A stretch of DNA of 64,000 bases, taken from NCBI GenBank assembly GCA_965226495.1, contig OZ245365.1, forward strand, positions 4,416,001 to 4,480,000, in the 5' to 3' direction. Under the pieces are notes generated by a model. That model saw only the letters and a program-made list of their open reading frames with translations. It did no database searches and was not told where the DNA came from. Positions 9,950 through 19,517 of this stretch are shown here, piece by piece. Each line of letters opens with the position of its first letter. Position 1 is the first letter of the stretch. The position numbers were made by a program, and so were the translations under genes. The stretch comes from Candidatus Marinacidobacterales bacterium. Its GTDB lineage: Bacteria; Acidobacteriota; Vicinamibacteria; Marinacidobacterales; DATDRI01.

Positions 9950-11266
9950 TCAGGCTACCGAACGCGAGCCGTCGGATGAAACTTCGATGGTGGTTGGTGT
10001 CGAGTGCGGAGAATAGGGCATCACCATCGCCACCGCGGCGGTGACTGCCTGGGCGGCCATGACGTAGAACGGGATCCATCCGCCGAGATCCTTCGAGATG
10101 AGCGCCGTGGCGACGAGCGGCGCAGTGCCCCCGAAGACAGCGACCGCCACCGCGTAGGGGAAGCCGATGCCGGTGGAGCGAACCTCGGCCGGGAACTGCT
10201 CGGCCTGCACCGCGGCGAGCACCGCTCCAACACTTGCGAGGAGCAAGGAGCCGGATATTGCCGCGACGAGATACCAGCCAAAGGAACCGGTCTGCGCGGC
10301 CCGCAGCAACGGCCAGGCTAGCACGACGAATCCCAGGGCGTGTCCCACCAACAACGGCTTCGGCCCAATGAAGCGATCGGAGAGCTGCGCCATCAGCGGC
10401 ACTACGAGGATAAACAGAATCAACGCGATGAGGTTTCCGATAAACCCCTTGTGTAACGGCAGCCCGCCGACGATGAAAGCATACGTCGGCAGGAACGACA
10501 TCCAGATGTAGTACGTGACGGTGACGCCGACGCTCAGCCCGGCGACGCGCAACGATTCCTTCGGGTACACGCGTAAGACTTGCACCAGCGGGTTGCGCGC
10601 CACACGCCCAGCCCGTTCCACTTGCGTGAACTCCTCGGTCTCCTGCATCGAGACGCGGAGGTAAAGGACAAAGCCGGCCATCACTCCCCCGAGCAAAAAC
10701 GGCAACCGCCAGCCCCACTCCCCCAGCGCGGGTTGTGTAATCCACGAGGTCGTCGCCGCCGCCGCACCTGTGGCGAGGAGTGTACCCAGTCCGGCACCGA
10801 CGTGCTGAAGAGAGCCGGCCGACGCGCGTCGGCCCGGACCGCCGTGCTCGACCAACAAAGCGCTCGCCCCACCCCACTCGGCACCGGCCGAGACGCCTTG
10901 GACCAGACGGAATGCCACAAGGATCAATGGGGCCGCGATCCCGATCGTTCTGTAGCTCGGCGTCAGCCCGATCCCCAGGCTCGCCAGGCACATCGTTCCT
11001 ACGGTCAGGGCGAGCAGTTTCTTTCGGCCGAAGCGGTCCCCGTAGGGTGATAGGAACACGCCGCCGATAGGACGCGCGACAAACCCTAGGGCAAACGTAA
11101 GGAACGTAAGAAGGAGCGCGGTTCGCGCGTCCTGTTCCGGGAAAAATTGAGGGGCGAATACCGGCGCCAAGAGCCCGTAGATCGCCCAGTCGTACCATTC
11201 GATGAGATTGCCCATCGCTCCGGCGGCGACGTCACGCCATCGTCGTGCGCTCGATTGTTCGGACAT
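9950..11266 (-). CDS. MFS transporter, MHS family (KgtP/ProP-like)
   Basis: 'GNLIEWYDW', 'GFVARPIGG...GDRFGRK', 'RLVQGVSAGAEWGG', 'WGWRLPF', 'EQFPAEVRSTG'. Confidence 0.93.
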   Translation of the reverse strand: MSEQSSARRWRDVAAGAMGNLIEWYDWAIYGLLAPVFAPQFFPEQDARTALLLTFLTFALGFVARPIGGVFLSPYGDRFGRKKLLALTVGTMCLASLGIGLTPSYRTIGIAAPLILVAFRLVQGVSAGAEWGGASALLVEHGGPGRRASAGSLQHVGAGLGTLLATGAAAATTSWITQPALGEWGWRLPFLLGGVMAGFVLYLRVSMQETEEFTQVERAGRVARNPLVQVLRVYPKESLRVAGLSVGVTVTYYIWMSFLPTYAFIVGGLPLHKGFIGNLIALILFILVVPLMAQLSDRFIGPKPLLVGHALGFVVLAWPLLRAAQTGSFGWYLVAAISGSLLLASVGAVLAAVQAEQFPAEVRSTGIGFPYAVAVAVFGGTAPLVATALISKDLGGWIPFYVMAAQAVTAAVAMVMPYSPHSTPTTIEVSSDGSRSVA

Positions 11267-11278
11267 ACCGCCTGTCGC

Positions 11279-12439
11279 CTAGCTGGTCCGGTTCACTGCG
11301 GCGACGAGGTCATGCAAGATGTCGTCGCCTTTGCTCCAGTCGAACCACCGCAGGACGAAAACGAGATCGTTCTCTGGGTCTACCCAAACGATCCCTGAGC
11401 CGGCGCCCCGCGCCGCGAAGCTCGTCCGAGGAGCGCGTGGCCAATTCTTCCCTTCGGTATTGACCCACCACATGTAGCCGTATTCGTAGTCCGGATAGAC
11501 CTCGCAAGGGACTAGTGCTGCATCGATCCACTCCTCGGACAAGAGTTGTTGGTCTTTCCACTTTCCCCGGCGGAGATGCAGATAACCAAACCGAGCCAGG
11601 TCGCGCGTGCTCATCCACACGCCACCGCCCCAGTGGCCTCCCCCGCTTACGGAGAGGACCGTTTCTCCGTCCACGTCAACCTCGGAGTTCCGGTAACCGT
11701 GCCACTGCCAGGTGTCGGACGCATCGATGGGATCCATGATGGATTCCTTCAGCACATCGGGTAGAGGCCGCTTCCACAATCTAAGTAGTGACAGCGAGAG
11801 ACGGTTGACCCGCACGTCGTTGTGCCCGAGAACGGCTCCCGGCTCTTGGCGTACGTGCCCAGGCTTTTCCTCGGCCCAGTGCGGCTTGTCAAAGAGTGTC
11901 CCCTCCCACTCACTCGTTTGCTGAAGGAAGTGGTGCCAAGTGATCTTGGCATTGTGCGGAGAATCGAAACCACCGTCGTCGACGTACTTCTTCACCGGAT
12001 CGTGGAAGTTCTCGATGAGCCCCTGGTCGAACGCCAGACCCGCCGTAGTGGCAAGAAAGCTTTTTGTGATGCTGAAGGCCATGTCGACCCGCCTGGTGTC
12101 TCCGAACTCGGCCACGATGTAACCGTGTCGGAGAACGACCCCGTTGATCTCAGCTCGCTCTTTGGTTGGACCGATGAGCTCGTTGTGCGGCTCCTCGGCG
12201 ATGCGGATGCGCATCATCTCCGCGGGATCCATCGGAATGTCGGCGGCGTACTTCTTCGCCGTGGCTATCGCCTTATCGACTCCTTCACTGCTCATCCCGA
12301 CCTGCTCGGGTGTCTTCGCAATCCAGGCATCGCCGGGGCCCGGGAAGTAGATCTCGGGCACCGGATCGGATTGAGGTTGGGAAGCGCAGCCGAGGCCTAG
12401 CGCCAAAGCAAGCAGTGGTAGGGCGAACCTCTCGTCCAT
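11279..12439 (-). CDS. Beta-lactamase-family serine hydrolase, lipoprotein
   Basis: Lipobox LGLGC; SxxK in 'FSITKS'; 'HFLQQTS'; 'GGGVWMSTRDLARFG'; 'YGYMWW'. Confidence 0.88.
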   Translation of the reverse strand: MDERFALPLLALALGLGCASQPQSDPVPEIYFPGPGDAWIAKTPEQVGMSSEGVDKAIATAKKYAADIPMDPAEMMRIRIAEEPHNELIGPTKERAEINGVVLRHGYIVAEFGDTRRVDMAFSITKSFLATTAGLAFDQGLIENFHDPVKKYVDDGGFDSPHNAKITWHHFLQQTSEWEGTLFDKPHWAEEKPGHVRQEPGAVLGHNDVRVNRLSLSLLRLWKRPLPDVLKESIMDPIDASDTWQWHGYRNSEVDVDGETVLSVSGGGHWGGGVWMSTRDLARFGYLHLRRGKWKDQQLLSEEWIDAALVPCEVYPDYEYGYMWWVNTEGKNWPRAPRTSFAARGAGSGIVWVDPENDLVFVLRWFDWSKGDDILHDLVAAVNRTS

Positions 12440-12530
12440 GGCCCGGCAAGTCTGCCACCCTGGCCCGAGGGACGCAAGGTCTTTGGGTATTCACTCGTTT
12501 TCTGATATCTAGTGGAGTAGGAGGTATCGG

Positions 12531-13997
12531 ATGTCACGTCATGTAAGCGTATTTGTCGGTTCTACCATCGTTTTTTGGGCAACGTCTCTCGTTGGCCAGA
12601 CGCCCGGACCTCCTCAAGAGATCGCGACCCGGATCATCGACGCGGCGCGAGCCAACACGGGTGTCATTGAGATCACGCAGTACCTCAGCGACTGGATCGG
12701 TCCCCGCCTCGCCGGCTCCGAGCAGGAGCAGAAGGCGATTCAATGGACCGCCGAGCGAATGCGTGCGGATGGACTCTCGCACGTCCGTTTACAGCCGGTC
12801 ATGGTCCCGCGCTGGGTGCGAGGCGTCGAGACGGGTGAGCTCTTGAGCCCCTCCAATCAGCGCCTTCCTTTGACCGCACTCGGAGGAAGCGTTGCAACGC
12901 CGCCGGAGGGAATCACCGCCGAAGTGGTCGAAATCACTCGCTTCGACCAGCTCAGCGACGACGTCAAAGGCAAGATCGTTTATTACCACACGCCTCTGGA
13001 TCCTTCTCTCGAGCCAATGAACGCTTACGGCAACGTCATTCGATTTCGCAGTCGCGGCGCCGTGGAAGCGGCACGCTTTGGAGCAGTTGCTGCATTAATC
13101 CGATCTACCGGCACCCGGAGTCTGGGCGCACCCCACACCGGCTCGATGTACTACGCTGACGACGCTCCACGGATTCCTAATGCCGCGGTCAACATGGAGT
13201 CGGGTGATCTTTTGCATCGGCTGATTGCAGCAGGAGAGAAACCTCGGGCACGCATTGTGCTGACCCCACGCTCGGAGGGTGAGGTCGAATCAGCCAACGT
13301 GATCGGCGAGCTGCCGGGAACGGATCGTCCCGACGAAATCGTCGTCATCGGTACTCACCTCGACTCCTGGGATCTGGGAAGCGCCGCGGTCGATAATGCC
13401 GCCGGATGCGCGATCTCGATGGAGGTGCCGAAATTGCTCAAGGAGCTCGGCCTCATCCCGCGGCGCACCATCCGCGTCGTACTCTTCACGGCTGAGGAGA
13501 TCGGCAATCTCGGTGGTGAGCACTACGCGGACATGCCCCAGGAAGAGCTCAGCGCGCACGTCGCGGCCCTCGAAGGCGATCAGGGACCGGACCATCCGTT
13601 CGGTTTCCGGGTTAGCCGGGGCGACCTCATCGCGGGAACGAATCCGGTCCGGGATTCGGGAGACCCCGGTCTCGAAACGGCGCGAGCCACTTTGGAGAGA
13701 TGGGCGCGCGTTCTCGAGCCCGTGGGGGCGTCGCGGGTGGATGTCGGTGGTATTCAGGGAATGGGGGCTGACATTTCACCGCTCGCGAGAAAAGGGGTCC
13801 TCGGTGTGGCGCTACGTACCGACCAGTCGCGCTATATGACGCTTCACCACACGGACGCGGACACGTTCGACAAGATCAAGCCCGACGCGGTGAGGATGAA
13901 TCTAGCCGCCCTGGCCTTGATGACGTACGCGCTCGCCAACGCGCCGGAGAGTTTCTACGAGGGCTTGCGACCGGACGACGGCAGTTCTGAGAGATGA
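12531..13997 (+). CDS. Secreted M28 peptidase with PA domain (carboxypeptidase Q-like)
   Basis: 'IGPRLAGS', 'IGTHLDSWDLG..AVDN', 'FTAEEIG', 'HHTDADTFDKI'. Confidence 0.9.
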   Translation: MSRHVSVFVGSTIVFWATSLVGQTPGPPQEIATRIIDAARANTGVIEITQYLSDWIGPRLAGSEQEQKAIQWTAERMRADGLSHVRLQPVMVPRWVRGVETGELLSPSNQRLPLTALGGSVATPPEGITAEVVEITRFDQLSDDVKGKIVYYHTPLDPSLEPMNAYGNVIRFRSRGAVEAARFGAVAALIRSTGTRSLGAPHTGSMYYADDAPRIPNAAVNMESGDLLHRLIAAGEKPRARIVLTPRSEGEVESANVIGELPGTDRPDEIVVIGTHLDSWDLGSAAVDNAAGCAISMEVPKLLKELGLIPRRTIRVVLFTAEEIGNLGGEHYADMPQEELSAHVAALEGDQGPDHPFGFRVSRGDLIAGTNPVRDSGDPGLETARATLERWARVLEPVGASRVDVGGIQGMGADISPLARKGVLGVALRTDQSRYMTLHHTDADTFDKIKPDAVRMNLAALALMTYALANAPESFYEGLRPDDGSSER

Positions 13998-15445
13998 CGA
14001 AGGGACCACTTTCGCTTCTGGCCGTTCTTCTGCTGAGCAGCCTCGCCCAACAAGGTGACTCGGCACTGGTCGCCGATACCAAATCGACCGCGCAAGCTGC
14101 GGACGGCAGATTCATTTCCTGGCGCGAGCACATCATAGACGACCCGCTAATCGGTGCTTTACCCGATCTAGCCGGGAGCGACGGTTTGGCGATGGGTGAT
14201 TTGAATGAGGACGGCTTCGAGGACATTGTGTCAGTGCACGAATCGGACACCGTTTACGACGGCAGCCCGGTTGGTTATGTTCGAATCGCCTGGGGCACGG
14301 GCGATCCGGCACGGTGGCGATTGTCTACTTTGGCGTCGGGTCCCGAAGCAGCCGCGGCAGAGGATGTCTCCATTGCGGATGCTAACGGTGATGGTCATCT
14401 GGACGTCGTTGTAGCTTGCGAGCTCGCGCATCTAATCTATTTCGAGAATCCCGGCGCCGACGCCCAGAATTCTCGCCAATCTTCTCGATGGGAGCGAGTG
14501 ATCCCGCCAATAACGTCTGGTCGCGGTTCTTACATTCGTGCTTTCTTTGCCGACTTTGATAAAGACGGACGTCCAGAAGTGGTGGCAGCCAATAAAGGCG
14601 ATCAAAGCGCCGGAGAGGATGTTACCGAGCGGAGAAATATTTCCGTTTTCATCTTGCCCGAAAATCCACTGGAGGGATCTTTGTGGCGTGAGCAGGTGCT
14701 CGGCAAGGTTCGAGTACCCATCAATTCAGAGCCGGTTGATCTGGACGGCGACGGCGATCTCGATGTGGTCGCCGGTTCCCGCGGGGAAGGACGGATACTC
14801 TGGTTTGAGAACCTCGGTGAGATGCGATTCGCAGAGCATGCTATTGAAGTCTCCGGCATTCCGGCAGACCTCAGGATTACAGGCTTCAACATGGATTACG
14901 CAGACATAGATGGGGATGGTCGCCTTGACATCGTCGTCAACGCCTGGCCAGGGTCGCTGATCTGGTTAAAGCAGCCCGCTAGATTCGACGAACCGTGGGA
15001 ACTGTATCTGATAGGTACCTTCACGCCCGACCAACTGGTGAGTGTCCGCCTTGCAGACATCGACGGAGACGGCGATCTCGATGCTTTTGCCGGTGCCTAC
15101 AGTCGAGGCCCAAGAGATGCCGATGGTGCGGACATCAACCGTGACGACCCCATAGGACGTATCGGATGGTTCGAGAATCCCGGTGCCGATCCCGGTCAAC
15201 AGTGGCAACGTCACGACGTGTCACGCCGAAAGCGTGGCATGTACGACAAATGGCTAGCCCGCGATTTGGACGGGGATGGCGACCTGGACATGATCGGCAC
15301 CCGAGGGAACAGTTATCCATACGATGGAGTTATTTGGTTGGAGCAGGTTCGTACCGACGAGGCTCAGGCTGTATTTCAGCAAGGTCGCGACGAGGATAGT
15401 CAGCAAATGCCGCTACCCTCGGGCGAGTTAGGTGTGAAGCATTGA
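13994..15445 (+). CDS. Secreted FG-GAP/VCBS-repeat beta-propeller protein
   Basis: About 7 D.DGDG..D Ca-binding repeats; signal peptide; ATGA overlap with the M28 gene. Confidence 0.85.
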   Translation: MTKGPLSLLAVLLLSSLAQQGDSALVADTKSTAQAADGRFISWREHIIDDPLIGALPDLAGSDGLAMGDLNEDGFEDIVSVHESDTVYDGSPVGYVRIAWGTGDPARWRLSTLASGPEAAAAEDVSIADANGDGHLDVVVACELAHLIYFENPGADAQNSRQSSRWERVIPPITSGRGSYIRAFFADFDKDGRPEVVAANKGDQSAGEDVTERRNISVFILPENPLEGSLWREQVLGKVRVPINSEPVDLDGDGDLDVVAGSRGEGRILWFENLGEMRFAEHAIEVSGIPADLRITGFNMDYADIDGDGRLDIVVNAWPGSLIWLKQPARFDEPWELYLIGTFTPDQLVSVRLADIDGDGDLDAFAGAYSRGPRDADGADINRDDPIGRIGWFENPGADPGQQWQRHDVSRRKRGMYDKWLARDLDGDGDLDMIGTRGNSYPYDGVIWLEQVRTDEAQAVFQQGRDEDSQQMPLPSGELGVKH

Positions 15446-15495
15446 CGTGCTTAGATCCAGTTGGGATCTCCGGAAGGCCGAGGCGACTACTTTCT

Positions 15496-18180
15496 TCACT
15501 TCGGGGGGACGAGGCGTTTCAGCTCTTCCAACCAGTTCTGAACGAGAATGAGCTCCGGTTGAGAGGTTTCGTCGTTCGCACCGGCGTCCTTGATCATCAA
15601 GAAACGCTTGCCGTCGCGAGACACGTCATAGCTCCGACCGGGGGCGCCAGCCTCGGCAGAGTATGATTCCTCCAGGACGACCTCGGGGCTGCCGAAGGCG
15701 AAACTGGGGTCGGTGCGAACAGAGACCGCCATCAGTTGCCCGGTTGGATCCAGGTAGAACAACTCGCCGCCGTCCCGTGCCCAGAGTGGCCGTGTCCCAC
15801 CGCCTCTCGAGATCTGGTCCCGACCCTCGTCCACGTTGGGGAACGGGCGCACGTAGATTTCATATTCACCGGAGGCGTCCGACTGGTAGGCCAGCCATCG
15901 GCCGTCGGGTGAGATCTCGGCGTTCAGCTCGTTGAACTCGCTGGCCAGGAGAGGCTCCCCCAAACCGTCGCCCTCCAGAGAGAGCACGCCGAGATCGCGA
16001 CCTCGTTGGGGATGGTCCTCCCGATAGACCAGCTGCTTCCCGTCCAAGGAAAAGACATACGGGTACTGGTTGTTCCTGCTCTCGGTGAGCCGCTCGACCG
16101 TGCCAGTGCCGTCGGCCGCCTTCCAGAACAGATTCCAAGATCCGTCGCGGGCCGATGCGAATGCCACCCGCCGCCCGTCCGGTGTCCAGGTCGGATAGGC
16201 GTCGCCACCGGGGTCGAACGTGAGCCGCCGCAGCGTCTCGCGGGTGAAATTCCAGATCCAGATGTCACGTTCCTGATCGCGCACGTCGAGAGCGAGCCGG
16301 CTCCCATCGGGAGAAATGCGTGGGTAGGTGTAGTTCCGGGGCTCGGCCGCGAGCGCCTCTTCTCTTCCTTGTCGATCCACCCACACCAGCATTCTTTCTT
16401 GCCCTCGCGGATCGCCGGCGATATATACGAGGGATCCGTCCCGCGAGATGCCGAACTCCGCCGCGCCGCTGGATTTTGTGATGACACCTTCCAGGACGGG
16501 AATGGGGTCGCTCGTGACCTCGAGACGCTCGAGGTCGAAACCCACCGCTCGGAGCGTGCCGCCGGTGCCATAGACGATGTGACCCGTGGGCGCGTAGCGC
16601 GGGTTGCTTCCACCGGGAACGAGGACCTCGACCTCCCCGGTCACGAGTGACAGCACCGCAATCTGGGCGTTCTCGACTGGCCCACTCATTACGGTGAAGA
16701 GAACGCCCTCACCCGCGGGGAGGATCTCGGGCCACCGGTGACTCCCTTGTTTGTCGGGCGTTGTCAGCTGCTCCGGCTCGCCGCCACCTACCGGGACGCG
16801 CCAGAGCCTGCTGGGCGCACCCGCAGCGAAGACAATGGTGTCATCGGCTCCCCAACTCGCGCCGCGGTAGGGTAGTCCCGGAAGGTCACAGATGGTCACC
16901 GGCGGCCCCCCGAGGATCGAGACTTTCCGCAAAGTTAGCCCGTCAGTGTACGCGACCCAGCTACCGTCCGGTGAGACGAACGGTCCGCGGGCGACGTTGC
17001 TGAGCCCAGAGAGCGGCGTCGCCTCGAGCCGATCCAAGGAGCGCACGAAGAGGCGGGGTTGGCCGTCCAGGAAACCTCGATACACGATGCGCGAACCGTC
17101 CGGAGTGATGGCCAAGTTCCCAGTGCCTGAAAAGATGTCGAGGCGAGCGGCATTCGGCGGCCTCGCCACCACACGAACGAGAGGGCGTGGGGTTTCCGGT
17201 TTTAGACTCCAAACTGCGACCCCCACGATGACGCTCGAAACCAATGCCGCGGCGAGCGCGGCTATGGACGGCCGCATGCCGACGCGCTGAGGCACGACCG
17301 GCGCGGATACGCCTGGTTGTGAGCCGCCCTCGGTGATCCACTTCAGTTGGCGTTCGACGTCCCCGGCCGTCTGCCAACGCTCGTCGGGATCCTTGGCCAG
17401 GCACGTCTTGACGACGTGGTCCAGTGCGGGAGGCGACATGGCCTCGAGTTGGGAGATCGGAGGAGGATCGGACGTCATGATCGCACCGATCAAACTCGCC
17501 TGACTCTTGCCCTCGAACGCCCTCCGCCCGGTTATCATTTCGTAGAGCACCGCTCCAAAAGCAAAGATGTCCGTGCGGCCGTCCGCATCTTTCCCTTCGA
17601 GCTGCTCCGGTGCCATGTACTGGAAGGTGCCAAGGATGGAGCCTTCCGCGGTGAGAGACTTCTGCTGCGTCGGCAGAGAGGAGTCACTGCCACCACCCTC
17701 AGCTGCCGCCAGCTTCGCGAGTCCAAAATCCAAAAGCTTTGCCCCCGACTTGGTGAGCATGATGTTGCCGGGCTTCAGATCCCGATGCACCACACCTTGG
17801 CGATGTGCTTTGTCGAGGGCGTCCGCGATCTCGACGCCGTGGCGAAGCGCTTGATCAAGGGATAGTGCGCCTTTCTTCAGTCGCTCGGCCAGGTCTTCGC
17901 CTTCGAGGTACTCCATGACCAGGAAGTCCACGCCGTTCTCCTGGCCGATGTCGTGAAGCGTGCAGATGTGTGGATGATTCAGGCTGGAGACGGCTCGGGC
18001 TTCACGCTCGAAACGCTCCCGTCGCTCGGAGTGGCCGGAAACTTGAGAGGGAAGCACCTTGACGGCGACGGTGCGATCGAGGCGGGTGTCCTTGGCCTTG
18101 TAGACCTCGCCCATCCCACCCGCACCGATGGGTGCGAGGATCTCGTAGGGACCTAGTTTCCTGCCGGGTTCGAGTGCCAT
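15496..18180 (-). CDS. Hanks-type Ser/Thr kinase with TM helix and TolB/PD40 beta-propeller (paralog 1)
   Basis: GAGGMGEVY, VAVK, HRDLKPGN, DFGLAK, YMAPE; TM; repeated SPDG; C-terminal 'NWLEELKRLVP'. Confidence 0.95.
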   Translation of the reverse strand: MALEPGRKLGPYEILAPIGAGGMGEVYKAKDTRLDRTVAVKVLPSQVSGHSERRERFEREARAVSSLNHPHICTLHDIGQENGVDFLVMEYLEGEDLAERLKKGALSLDQALRHGVEIADALDKAHRQGVVHRDLKPGNIMLTKSGAKLLDFGLAKLAAAEGGGSDSSLPTQQKSLTAEGSILGTFQYMAPEQLEGKDADGRTDIFAFGAVLYEMITGRRAFEGKSQASLIGAIMTSDPPPISQLEAMSPPALDHVVKTCLAKDPDERWQTAGDVERQLKWITEGGSQPGVSAPVVPQRVGMRPSIAALAAALVSSVIVGVAVWSLKPETPRPLVRVVARPPNAARLDIFSGTGNLAITPDGSRIVYRGFLDGQPRLFVRSLDRLEATPLSGLSNVARGPFVSPDGSWVAYTDGLTLRKVSILGGPPVTICDLPGLPYRGASWGADDTIVFAAGAPSRLWRVPVGGGEPEQLTTPDKQGSHRWPEILPAGEGVLFTVMSGPVENAQIAVLSLVTGEVEVLVPGGSNPRYAPTGHIVYGTGGTLRAVGFDLERLEVTSDPIPVLEGVITKSSGAAEFGISRDGSLVYIAGDPRGQERMLVWVDRQGREEALAAEPRNYTYPRISPDGSRLALDVRDQERDIWIWNFTRETLRRLTFDPGGDAYPTWTPDGRRVAFASARDGSWNLFWKAADGTGTVERLTESRNNQYPYVFSLDGKQLVYREDHPQRGRDLGVLSLEGDGLGEPLLASEFNELNAEISPDGRWLAYQSDASGEYEIYVRPFPNVDEGRDQISRGGGTRPLWARDGGELFYLDPTGQLMAVSVRTDPSFAFGSPEVVLEESYSAEAGAPGRSYDVSRDGKRFLMIKDAGANDETSQPELILVQNWLEELKRLVPPK

Positions 18181-18184
18181 CTAA

Positions 18185-18300
18185 CCCTCACCCGGCGTCT
18201 GACGACGTTGATAGCAGCACGGCATCTTTTGACACCCTACCGTCCCCAAACAGGGAGAGGGAATAAAGGAAGAAAGCCATCATTGTTGAGCTGAAAATAG
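18185..18300. repeat. Shared leader repeat upstream of kinase paralogs (copy A)
   Basis: CCCTCACCCGGCGTCTGACG...GATAGCAGCACGG...GGGAGAGGG(A)ATAA...GAA(A/G)GCCATCAT, similar to 50097-50192 and 52853-52924. Confidence 0.8.
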
Positions 18301-18360
18301 TACCGCGCAGGTTGAAAAGTCAAAGAACAAGAAGGAAGCGAGTAGGGATGTCCCGGCCAG

Positions 18361-18746
18361 TCAGGATTTCCGGAAAGCCGCGTCCAAGGCGCGGTCGAAG
18401 GTCTTGATGAGCGAGACGCGGCGACGCTTGCAGCAAGCCAGGTGAAGAAGGTCGCGGGCTCCGAGCTCTGGGTAGCGCTCCACCAAGAGCCTTCCGAAAC
18501 GGACGTCCTCCGGCTCGACAGGCCACACCGACCCTACGCTGGACTCGACGAGAGCAAGCGCTGCATCCAAGGTCTCGATCCGCCGCACTGGCAAGTATGC
18601 GTGTAACAATTCCTGGAGAACTTCGGCTGAGGTAACGAGGTTTTCCTCTTTCTTGAGGCTCCGCTCGAAGAAAGCCCTCGACTCGGCACGCAGCGGGTGC
18701 TTTCGGCCCACCGCTACATGAAGACGTTAGTGTCGACTAAGGTCAT
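18361..18746 (-). pseudogene. vapC: VapC-like PIN-domain toxin with a 1-nt deletion near the 5' end
   Basis: ATG 18746 gives MTLVDTNVFM then TAG; adding one base (TA[C]GCG) gives YAVGRKHPLR...TSAEVLQE...ARDLLHLA...TFDRAL, a complete PIN domain. Confidence 0.8.
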
Positions 18747-18840
18747 GTTTCGGACTGACCGGAGGAACCGAGCGCTCGATTACGAAACGGTGCTCCTCCC
18801 AATCACGCTCAACGTCCTGTTCTTCCCAGCTACGGTTCAC
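18743..18840 (-). pseudogene. Probable C-terminal remnant of the cognate antitoxin
   Basis: Reads ...EQDVERDWEEHRFVIERS..., and a shifted frame ends SGQSET-TGA overlapping the vapC ATG; no N-terminal DNA-binding part because the immunity gene ends at 18849. Confidence 0.4.
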
Positions 18841-18848
18841 TCGGAGAC

Positions 18849-19517
18849 CTAAGCATCCTCCCAAATTGCAGCGAGACCAGCAAAGGGAGTGAAATCACGC
18901 GAGATCCCCTTCAAGATCTGAACAAACTGCTCCTCGCGTGCCGGATCCCAACGGTCTCTCGACTCCTTCTTGAGTTTCTCTACCAGCATTCGGCCTCGTT
19001 GGGGCTCGTCCTTCAATACGCAAATTGCCAGTTCGATGGCGGCTTTGGTTTCTGAAAGCACGTTGCTGTCGTCCAACTCGAACATTGCACTGAGATCCTC
19101 GATACTGTTTATTTTATGTAGGTACGGCAAGGCGAACTTCTCGATGGCTTCGAGTATCGAAACTTTTTGGGCTTCGACATCTTCCGTATCGGCAAATCGC
19201 CAATCGAACAACGCGTCGGTCGAGGGCAACAGATTGTAGATGTGCGTTCCGACCGTCACACCGCGACGTTTGCTGGCATCCGATACTCTCGGCCGGTATC
19301 TGTTCAGTAGCTCCTCAATCCTCGTAAACCGGAGGCCAGCCGAGAACTCCAGTCGATAGACGTCGCCGCCACGTGGAGTGAAATAGATCGACAAGGACCG
19401 CACGACTTCTCGATCGCGACGGACAAAACGTCTCTGCGACTTCCGGTAGCTGAATCCTGCTCTGTGAAGGATTGGTTCCAGCAGCTCGATGACCCTGTCG
19501 GTCAGAATCTTCATCAT
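18849..19517 (-). CDS. Candidate immunity protein (DUF4304-like) for the upstream nuclease toxin
   Basis: ATG overlaps the stop of the 4031-aa gene; 'LEPIL...GFSY.KS...FVRR' N-terminus and 'IEKFALPYL.KI.S.EDL' resemble DUF4304-type proteins; visibly more AT-rich than flanks. Confidence 0.65.
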   Translation of the reverse strand: MMKILTDRVIELLEPILHRAGFSYRKSQRRFVRRDREVVRSLSIYFTPRGGDVYRLEFSAGLRFTRIEELLNRYRPRVSDASKRRGVTVGTHIYNLLPSTDALFDWRFADTEDVEAQKVSILEAIEKFALPYLHKINSIEDLSAMFELDDSNVLSETKAAIELAICVLKDEPQRGRMLVEKLKKESRDRWDPAREEQFVQILKGISRDFTPFAGLAAIWEDA

